Shown in pieces: positions 8,827 through 15,473 of a DNA stretch of 28,162 nt. The DNA lies in the IMG/VR virus record IMGVR_UViG_3300032282_002037, positions 1-28,162 of that record. One strand, written 5' to 3'. This DNA comes from a virus (lineage: Duplodnaviria > Caudoviricetes). A program made the translations under genes and the position numbers. Position 1 is the stretch's first letter. Each line of letters begins with the position of its first letter. Below the pieces are notes generated by a model. It made no database searches and was not told the origin of the DNA. It was given only the letters and a program-made list of their open reading frames with translations.

Positions 8827-8834
8827 TATTTATT
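8827..8834 (+). promoter_or_regulatory. Putative late promoter motif TATTTATT for the sheath gene
   Basis: 38 nt upstream of the ATG at 8873; preceded by the inverted repeat ATCTTTG-N7-CAAAGAT. Confidence 0.65.
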
Positions 8835-8872
8835 AGTTAAGAATAAAATTTTTTTAACCAAACAAATTATCA

Positions 8873-11689
8873 ATGGCAAATTCAAACAAAGTTTTCGTTT
8901 CTCCAGGTGTGTATACTTCAGAGAAAGATTTAACATTCGTGGCACAGAGCGTGGGGGTAACAACACTAGGTTTAGTGGGCGAAACATTAAAAGGCCCAGC
9001 ATTCGAACCTATTTTAGTTGGTTCCTTCGACGAATTTAGAACTTATTTCGGTACAACGTCACCTGCAAAAGACGGTAATGACAATCCAAAATATGAGTTA
9101 CCTTATGTAGCAAAATCATATTTACAAGAATCAAATCAATTATTCGTAACAAGAATATTGGGTTTAACTGGGTATAAACCAAACAAATCTTATGGTGTTA
9201 AAACCTTAGGTGGTATGATGGTTGGTGATATCCAAACAGGAACAACAACAGGTACTACAATAGTTAGTACTACAGGAATCACCGGTTCAACATTCTATAC
9301 AGAACTTTCAACAAAAACATCTGTTGATGGAAACACTATAACTGAATATATTTTAGATAACTACAGCACTTATACATCAGGTAATACAGGTAACTGGTTT
9401 ACAATTGGTGTTGTTCCTAGTAGTGCTACAAGCGGTTTAACTGGGACAGAATTAAGTTCACCAATCGGTGGTTTTAACAATAAAGAGTGGTACAACACAT
9501 TCTCAAACTTTACTGATAAAGTGTATTCTTACCTTTTTGTGTACAATCATGGCACAACTGCATTTAATGTAACTAGATATCAATATACTGCAGAGTTAGT
9601 AAATGACGATAGAGTTGTTTGTTTAATGAGATCAAGAGGTTCTTATAACGGTAACACTTTAGTACATAGAGTTACTGGGACAACAGATGTCACAATTTCA
9701 AGTTCTGATATTGCAACAGACCCATTAGCAGAATTTACAATTAGCGTAGACGATATTAGCGGTGTAACTAGAAATTTTACATGTAGTATGGATACAACTT
9801 CAACAAAATACGTTACAAAAGTATTAGGTGTTGATGTATTTGATAAAGAAAAAATTGAAAACCCAATTTATGTTCATGAAACATATCCAAATTTAATTAA
9901 GAACTTGTTCCAACAAGGTTTAATTAGAGGTTTACAAACAAGTGTTGAAACAATAACTGAAGGTAATGATTTCGTAAATGAATGGGATACTCCTGGATCT
10001 GCAATGGTTGTTTCAGAAGTAAGAGGTGGTAGAGTATTTGATTTATTCAGTTTCTTAACTATTTCTGATGGTAATGCAGCGAACTTTGAAGTTAAAGTTT
10101 CGATTGTTAACATAAATTTAGAAACAGGTGAATTTGATTTACTTGTTAGGGATTTTAATGATACCGACGACAATATAGTTGCTCTTGAGAAATTTTCAAG
10201 ATGTTCAATGAATCCAGACGCGGCAGGTTTTATCGGTAGAAAGGTTGGTACTTCTGATGGTGAATACGAATTAAGAAGCAAATATATTATGCTTGTTCTT
10301 GCAGACGGTTTCCCAACAGACGCTGTTCCTGCTGGTTTCAAAGGTTGTATAACAAAGTCAATGATCGGTGGAATGCCTTTCAAGACAGAATATTATACTG
10401 CTGGTGATACTATTTCATATAATGCTGACGGTTCTCCAAATACTTCTAACGGTGATAAAGTTAGAAAAGTATCTTTAGGTATGTCAACACAATCACATGT
10501 TGTTTATGATAGAGACATGTTTAAATTCAAGGGTATATCTGCTTCTGAAGAAATTAAAGGTTTCCACTTATCTGTAAACGCATCATCAATAGTTGATGGT
10601 AATGGCGACACAGTTTATGAAACAACAAATTATGATCTTGAGGGACAAACCGGAACAAATAATCCATTGACCGCGATCGCGTATCGTAAATTTACAATGC
10701 CTGTATTTGGTGGTTTTGACGGATGGGATGTTTATAGAAACGTAAGAACTTATGGTGATTCTTATATTTTCGGTAAAACAACATATGTTGCAAATCACAC
10801 AACAAATGGTGGTGTATTCAGTGATTCTGTGGGTAACTCAGATTACTACGCATACTTACAAGGTATTCAAACATATGCTAACCCTGAAGCAGTAGATATT
10901 AACTTATTCTCAACTCCTGGTATTGATTGGTATAATCACGGATCATTAGTTGCTCAGGCAATTGATATGGTTGAAACAGATAGAGCGGATTCGCTTTATG
11001 TTATTAACGCGCCAAATTTACCAACATCACAAGAGATCGTTGATGAATTAGACGCTGCGTCAATTGACTCAAACTATTCAGCAACATACTGGCCTTGGAT
11101 TCAAGTAAGAGATGTTGATAACTCAACTCAAATTTATCTTCCACCAACAGGTGAAGTTGTAAAGAACATTGCGTTAACAGATAACGTTTCTTATCCTTGG
11201 TTCGCAGTTGCGGGTTATTCAAGAGGTTTGGTTAATTCAATCAAAGCATTTAAGAAATTAACACTTGACGAAAGAGATGATTTATATAAAAACAGAATTA
11301 ACCCTATTGCGACATTCTCTGATACTGGTACAATTATTTGGGGTAACAAAACTCTTCAAGTTAGAGAATCAGCGTTGGATAGAATAAACGTAAGAAGATT
11401 ATTATTAAGAGCAAGAAAACTTATTTCTGCTGTCGCAGTAAGATTGTTATTTGAACAAAATGATGATCAAGTAAGACAAGATTTCTTGAATTTAGTAAAC
11501 CCAATTTTAAGTAGCATTAAGAAAGAAAGAGGTCTTTATGATTTCCGTGTAACGGTTTCTAACGATCCTGAAGATATTGATGCAAACACATTAAGAGGTA
11601 AGATTTATGTTAAACCAACAAGATCATTAGAATTTATTGATGTTGAGTTTATTATAACACCTACTGGGGCTTCATTTGATAATATCTAA
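8873..11689 (+). CDS. Contractile tail sheath protein (T4 gp18-like)
   Basis: N-terminal FVSPGVYTSEKD and GETLKGPAFEP; C-terminal WFAVAGYSRG, LYKNRINPI, IWGNKTL, DRINVRRLL, FEQND, IYVKPTRSLEFI. Confidence 0.97.
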   Translation: MANSNKVFVSPGVYTSEKDLTFVAQSVGVTTLGLVGETLKGPAFEPILVGSFDEFRTYFGTTSPAKDGNDNPKYELPYVAKSYLQESNQLFVTRILGLTGYKPNKSYGVKTLGGMMVGDIQTGTTTGTTIVSTTGITGSTFYTELSTKTSVDGNTITEYILDNYSTYTSGNTGNWFTIGVVPSSATSGLTGTELSSPIGGFNNKEWYNTFSNFTDKVYSYLFVYNHGTTAFNVTRYQYTAELVNDDRVVCLMRSRGSYNGNTLVHRVTGTTDVTISSSDIATDPLAEFTISVDDISGVTRNFTCSMDTTSTKYVTKVLGVDVFDKEKIENPIYVHETYPNLIKNLFQQGLIRGLQTSVETITEGNDFVNEWDTPGSAMVVSEVRGGRVFDLFSFLTISDGNAANFEVKVSIVNINLETGEFDLLVRDFNDTDDNIVALEKFSRCSMNPDAAGFIGRKVGTSDGEYELRSKYIMLVLADGFPTDAVPAGFKGCITKSMIGGMPFKTEYYTAGDTISYNADGSPNTSNGDKVRKVSLGMSTQSHVVYDRDMFKFKGISASEEIKGFHLSVNASSIVDGNGDTVYETTNYDLEGQTGTNNPLTAIAYRKFTMPVFGGFDGWDVYRNVRTYGDSYIFGKTTYVANHTTNGGVFSDSVGNSDYYAYLQGIQTYANPEAVDINLFSTPGIDWYNHGSLVAQAIDMVETDRADSLYVINAPNLPTSQEIVDELDAASIDSNYSATYWPWIQVRDVDNSTQIYLPPTGEVVKNIALTDNVSYPWFAVAGYSRGLVNSIKAFKKLTLDERDDLYKNRINPIATFSDTGTIIWGNKTLQVRESALDRINVRRLLLRARKLISAVAVRLLFEQNDDQVRQDFLNLVNPILSSIKKERGLYDFRVTVSNDPEDIDANTLRGKIYVKPTRSLEFIDVEFIITPTGASFDNI

Positions 11690-11706
11690 TAAATAATAAA
11701 TGACAG

Positions 11707-11743
11707 ATGGGGGATAGACACAATATCCCCCATTTTTATTTTT
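11707..11743 (+). terminator. Intrinsic terminator after the sheath gene
   Basis: Perfect 10-bp stem ATGGGGGATA/TATCCCCCAT with a 7-nt loop, followed by TTTTATTTTT. Confidence 0.9.
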
Positions 11744-11838
11744 ACTACCTTTAAAATTTCTCCAATTATTCTTTTAATCTTTATATTTATCCATTAAGAA
11801 GGTGGTGTTTAGTTAAGTTGAGAATTAGAGGATTTGTA

Positions 11839-11870
11839 AAAAACTACGAAAAAAAATCGACATAATCAAG
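11839..11870 (-). promoter_or_regulatory. Putative leftward host-type promoter with no downstream ORF
   Basis: Minus strand CTTG-N20-TAGTTTTT, the same spacing as the promoters at 4812 and 3689. Confidence 0.35.
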
Positions 11871-11906
11871 TACCTACCCGAAAATATCTTATTTTAAAAT
11901 ACGATA

Positions 11907-11914
11907 TATTTATA
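11907..11914 (+). promoter_or_regulatory. Putative late promoter motif TATTTATA for the tube gene
   Basis: 37 nt upstream of the ATG at 11952; preceded by a 24-bp near-palindrome at 11884-11907. Confidence 0.65.
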
Positions 11915-11951
11915 ATAAAGCAAATAAAAACAAAATTTAAAATAACAAAAC

Positions 11952-12440
11952 ATGGCTGATTTACTAATGAAAATGCCGGTTCCATATGAGCCAAAAAGGA
12001 AGAATCGATTCATCTTAAGATTTGAATCGTCTTTAGGTATTAATGAGTGGTACGTGACTTCCACGGCTCGCCCAACTGCAAAAATTAACTCGGTAGCAAT
12101 TCCGTTTTTAAACACATCGACATACGTTGCTGGTAGATTTGAGTGGGATGAGATCAAAGTAACGTTTAAAGATCCTATCGGACCTTCTGCTTCTCAAGCA
12201 CTTATGGAGTGGTTTCGTCTTCATGCTGAATCTGTTACAGGTCGTATGGGATATGCGGCTGGTTACAAAAAAGACGTTTATTTAGAAATGCTAGATCCAA
12301 CTGGTGTGGTTGTGGAAAAATGGTTATTAGAATCATGTTTCTTAACAAACCTTAACTTTGGTGATTTGGCTTACGATCAAGACGCTTTAGCAAATATCGA
12401 CGCATCTTTAAGAATGGATAGATGCATACTTATTTACTAA
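11952..12440 (+). CDS. Tail tube protein (T4 gp19-like)
   Basis: 162 aa directly after the sheath; EPKRKNRF, YVAGRFEWDEIKVTFKD, YKKDVYLEMLDPTGVVVEKW, NFGDLAY, LRMD are typical of gp19-like tubes. Confidence 0.95.
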   Translation: MADLLMKMPVPYEPKRKNRFILRFESSLGINEWYVTSTARPTAKINSVAIPFLNTSTYVAGRFEWDEIKVTFKDPIGPSASQALMEWFRLHAESVTGRMGYAAGYKKDVYLEMLDPTGVVVEKWLLESCFLTNLNFGDLAYDQDALANIDASLRMDRCILIY

Positions 12441-12447
12441 TTTTTAC

Positions 12448-12474
12448 ATAACTTACTGATAATCAATTCGTTAT
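12448..12474. promoter_or_regulatory. Dyad of two back-to-back IHF consensus sites
   Basis: ATAAC-N4-TGAT-A-ATCA-N4-GTTAT. Plus strand AATCAATTCGTTA (12461-12473) and minus strand TATCAGTAAGTTA (12461-12449) both match WATCARNNNNTTR. Confidence 0.5.
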
Positions 12475-12517
12475 CTCTGATGTTCCACGTGGAATACGGA
12501 AATAACGAATTTTTTTT
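12465..12517 (+). terminator. Long-hairpin intrinsic terminator after the tube gene
   Basis: AATTCGTTAT (12465-12474) pairs with ATAACGAATT (12502-12511); the interior pairs further up to the central palindrome; a T run follows to 12517. Confidence 0.75.
12481..12496. promoter_or_regulatory. parS: parS-like centromere site TGTTCCACGTGGAATA
   Basis: 15/16 match to the palindromic bacterial chromosomal parS variant TGTTCCACGTGGAACA; intergenic. Confidence 0.7.
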
Positions 12518-12561
12518 GTATAAAACTTTACTTTTAGGTAGTTATAGTGTAATCTTAGTAT

Positions 12562-13311
12562 ATGGAAAACTTTAAAATCGACCCGAATATTTCTTACGAT
12601 GTGGTGACTTTACCATCTCAAGGAATCTATTATCAAAATAAGAAAAAAACATTAAGAGTGGCATATCTAACCGCAGCAGATGAGAATATACTGTCGGCAC
12701 CAAATTTATTACAGACAGATACGGTTATTGAAGAATTATTAAAAAGAAAGATATTAGATAAAGACATAGATATTGAAGAACTTGTTGTTGAAGATAGACA
12801 AGCAATCTTAATATTTTTAAGAAATACTGCTTTTGGTACTGATTTTAAATTAAAAATTACCGACCCTAAAACAAACGAGATTTTTGATGCTGACGTAGAT
12901 CTTTCAGTATTAAAAATGAAGGATTTTAACCTAAAAACCGATGAAAACGGCGAATATTCATATTATATGGAAATGTCTAAGGTTAATATATCGTTTAAAT
13001 TTTTAAATAATAAACAAGAAAAAGAGTTAGATAAAATAAAAACATCAGCAACAGGCAATACTATTGCGCCAATAATGACAAAGAGATTAGAGATGACGAT
13101 TCAGTCAATTAACGGTAATAGAGACAAATTACAGATTTATGAATTTATTCAAAATTTACCAATAAAAGATTCTCAAAATTTTAAAAAATTTATTGCTGAA
13201 AATAAACCAGGCCTAGATTTACTTATCGATATTACAACCCCATCAGGAGAAATTGTCCCAATTTTTGTGGACTTTGGGGTAGAGTTTTTTCGCCCTTTCT
13301 ACGGACTATAG
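12562..13311 (+). CDS. Tail/baseplate hub assembly chaperone (T4 gp26-like; lambda gpG position)
   Basis: VTLPSQG...LTAADENIL...EDRQAILIFLRNTAFG...C-terminal GVEFF pattern of gp26-like proteins; lies between the tube and tape measure genes. Confidence 0.8.
   Translation: MENFKIDPNISYDVVTLPSQGIYYQNKKKTLRVAYLTAADENILSAPNLLQTDTVIEELLKRKILDKDIDIEELVVEDRQAILIFLRNTAFGTDFKLKITDPKTNEIFDADVDLSVLKMKDFNLKTDENGEYSYYMEMSKVNISFKFLNNKQEKELDKIKTSATGNTIAPIMTKRLEMTIQSINGNRDKLQIYEFIQNLPIKDSQNFKKFIAENKPGLDLLIDITTPSGEIVPIFVDFGVEFFRPFYGL
13285..13293 (+). other. Putative programmed +1 (or -2) ribosomal frameshift site TTT TTT CGC
   Basis: In-frame UUU_UUU_CGC. The +1 frame opens only after TAG 13280-13282 and runs to TAA 13436-13438. 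This CGC is the only non-AGA Arg codon of seven in the gene. Confidence 0.7.
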
Positions 13312-13318
13312 AAAAAAT

Positions 13319-13438
13319 ATGATGACAGAAATGTTATTTCTAATTAATCGGAATTTTACATATACCGACTTCCTAACTATGCCCACACACGAACGCAGAT
13401 ACATTATTAACTTTTTAATTGAGAACGAAAAAGGTTAA
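13319..13438 (+). CDS. Unannotated gpT-like tail chaperone extension (39 aa from ATG; frame open from 13283)
   Basis: MMTEMLFLINRNFTYTDFLTMPTHERRYIINFLIENEKG has the Y.D...MP..ER...I..L pattern of small ORFs that follow tail chaperones; it fills the gap before the tape measure gene. Confidence 0.75.
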   Translation: MMTEMLFLINRNFTYTDFLTMPTHERRYIINFLIENEKG

Positions 13439-13443
13439 TTTCA

Positions 13444-13451
13444 TATTTATA
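13444..13451 (+). promoter_or_regulatory. Putative late promoter motif TATTTATA for the tape measure gene
   Basis: 15 nt upstream of the ATG at 13467. Confidence 0.65.
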
Positions 13452-13466
13452 TAAAAACAACCATAG

Positions 13467-15422
13467 ATGGCTCAAGATTTTGGTACTATACCTACCAGCG
13501 GATTAAGTGAAGCACAGAAACGCCTATTACAGACCGCACTTACCGGTAACGCAACCCTTACCGCTAGAGATCTTGAAAAAGAAATTAATAAAGGGTTAAG
13601 AGCAGCAGCAGCAAGTTCTGCAAGTGCTACTAGTAGCACTAGTGCGACCGGCGGTACAATTATATCTACAACAATAGGTAAGGCGTTAGGTAGTTTATAT
13701 GATAGATACGAAGGTGAAGCGTTTAGAATAGGTAAAGATAGGGTTGCATCAATGGTGCAAGAGTTGACACAAGGTACAACGGATTTTAGTGCAGCCGCAA
13801 TTTTAAAAAGTTTAAAAAAGGAATTAAAAGCAAGTATTGGTGAGATGACAACCGATATGAACAAAATCGATGATCAGATCATTAAAATGATTAATCAAAA
13901 CTCGATGTTTGTCGGTAAGGTTGCCGAAGGAATGAGAGAAGAGATGCGCGATGTTTTACCGTTGGCGCAAATCATGGGTGTTAGTACTGAAGATTTTTTA
14001 AGGGGTGCACAAAATATGTTTCAGGCGCAAGGTAGAATGGTTACGAATAGTCAGGAAACATTAAGTAGCGCTGTAACAGTAGGAAAGGCGTTTACTGAAA
14101 GTGCTACTGACATAATGGAAAATGTTGAAAATTTTAGAAATGTCGGTATTGGTTTAGCGGATGCCGCAAACGATATTGAAAAAATTGGCAGAAGAAGCGC
14201 TTCTCTTGGTTTAAATGCTAAAGAAACCAGTAAAACATTAATGGCTAATTTAGATAAACTAAATCAATATGGGTTTAAAAATGGTATCGATGGTTTAGGT
14301 AGAATGGTTCAACAAGCACAAGCGCTTAAAATTAGTATGGAAACGGCATTTAAACTTGCGGATAAAGTTTTTGACCCAGAAGGCGCTCTTGAATTAACAG
14401 CAAAGTTGCAAGTATTAGGCGGTGCATTTGGTGATTTAGGAGATCCAATGAAAGCACTTTATGACTCAACTAATAATGTTGAGGGGTTACAGGATGCATT
14501 TATACAAGCAAGTGCATCTTTAGCAGATTATAACGAAGAACAAGGAAGATTTGCTGTTACCGGTATTAACTTAAGAAGAGCAAAAGCGATGGCTGATGCA
14601 TATGGTGTTAGTTTAAATGATGTAACTAATGCAGCAACAAAAGGCGCCGCTAAATTGCAAGCAATGGGTGAATTAGACATGTTTAGTAAATTCAGTCCAG
14701 AACAAAAGGAATTTGTTTCTAATATGTCACAAATGAAGGGTGGTAAGATTGGTATTGAAGTACCTAAATCTATGATGGAAGAAATGGGAATTAAGGATTC
14801 TTTTGTTGAATTAGGTAATTTAACCGGAACCCAAGTTGAACAACTCAAAAAAATGCAAGAAAGTGTTGTAAACATGACTACTGAAGAAATTGCGATGGAG
14901 CAAATGAACACCACAACAAAAATGTTAAATACTATCACCGCAATTAAAGATGGGCTTATGAACACAATATTTAAAAACACAAAGCCAGCAAGAGATCTTA
15001 TGAAAGGTGGAGAAAAAGTACTACGAACTTACGGTCCAGGTAAATCTAATGACCTTATGGATAAAATAAAGAATGGTGGAGAGTTTTTACAAGAAATGAT
15101 GGGTCCAGATGGTCTTGGTATTGATTTTAATGATATTCAAAACCAAAGTAAGGAGATAATGAAAAAAATGAAGGCCTCAGGATTAAGTGGTCTTGATTTA
15201 ACTAATTTATTTGGTGCAACAACTAAAACAGAAATATCAAACCCTGCATTAAATTCTAGAAATAGTACCGCAAGAGTTGATGTTTACCACCATGCTTCTG
15301 ACAACGGAGTTGCTGGATTTGTTAAAGCAATGAGAGAGAACCCAGCATCAGCAAGAGACGTAAACGATGCGTTTGCTAAAATTAGTTACGGATCACAGCA
15401 AGAAGATATTGTAACAACATAA
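13467..15422 (+). CDS. Tail tape measure protein
   Basis: 651 aa, Ala/Gly/Met/Gln-rich and apparently helical, in the canonical position after the tube and chaperone genes. Confidence 0.8.
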   Translation: MAQDFGTIPTSGLSEAQKRLLQTALTGNATLTARDLEKEINKGLRAAAASSASATSSTSATGGTIISTTIGKALGSLYDRYEGEAFRIGKDRVASMVQELTQGTTDFSAAAILKSLKKELKASIGEMTTDMNKIDDQIIKMINQNSMFVGKVAEGMREEMRDVLPLAQIMGVSTEDFLRGAQNMFQAQGRMVTNSQETLSSAVTVGKAFTESATDIMENVENFRNVGIGLADAANDIEKIGRRSASLGLNAKETSKTLMANLDKLNQYGFKNGIDGLGRMVQQAQALKISMETAFKLADKVFDPEGALELTAKLQVLGGAFGDLGDPMKALYDSTNNVEGLQDAFIQASASLADYNEEQGRFAVTGINLRRAKAMADAYGVSLNDVTNAATKGAAKLQAMGELDMFSKFSPEQKEFVSNMSQMKGGKIGIEVPKSMMEEMGIKDSFVELGNLTGTQVEQLKKMQESVVNMTTEEIAMEQMNTTTKMLNTITAIKDGLMNTIFKNTKPARDLMKGGEKVLRTYGPGKSNDLMDKIKNGGEFLQEMMGPDGLGIDFNDIQNQSKEIMKKMKASGLSGLDLTNLFGATTKTEISNPALNSRNSTARVDVYHHASDNGVAGFVKAMRENPASARDVNDAFAKISYGSQQEDIVTT

Positions 15423-15452
15423 TCAATTATTCATTGATTTTTAAAAAATATC

Positions 15453-15460
15453 TATTTATT
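15453..15460 (+). promoter_or_regulatory. Putative late promoter motif TATTTATT for the baseplate operon
   Basis: 13 nt upstream of the ATG at 15474. Confidence 0.65.
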
Positions 15461-15473
15461 GTATAAAGAATAG

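Noticed and set aside
8781-9002. 73-aa minus-strand ORF in the track near the sheath start
   Set aside because: It overlaps the sheath start and promoter and has unnatural composition; the credible minus-strand gene here is 8586-8744.
9874-10383. 169-aa antisense ORF in the sheath gene, and similar antisense ORFs (1927-2169, 13472-13864, 14528-14980, 16850-17149, 20645-20995 and others)
   Set aside because: Mostly or entirely nested within well-supported genes, with no recognisable motifs; typical shadow ORFs arising from codon bias.
13293-13299. Canonical -1 slippery heptamer C CCT TTC in frame at the end of the chaperone gene
   Set aside because: The -1 frame hits TGA at 13320-13322 after a few codons; the chaperone-like downstream ORF is in the +1 frame.
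15421-15442. AATCAAT-N5-ATTGATT hairpin plus short T run after the tape measure gene
   Set aside because: The stem has a single G-C pair and is too weak to call a terminator with confidence.
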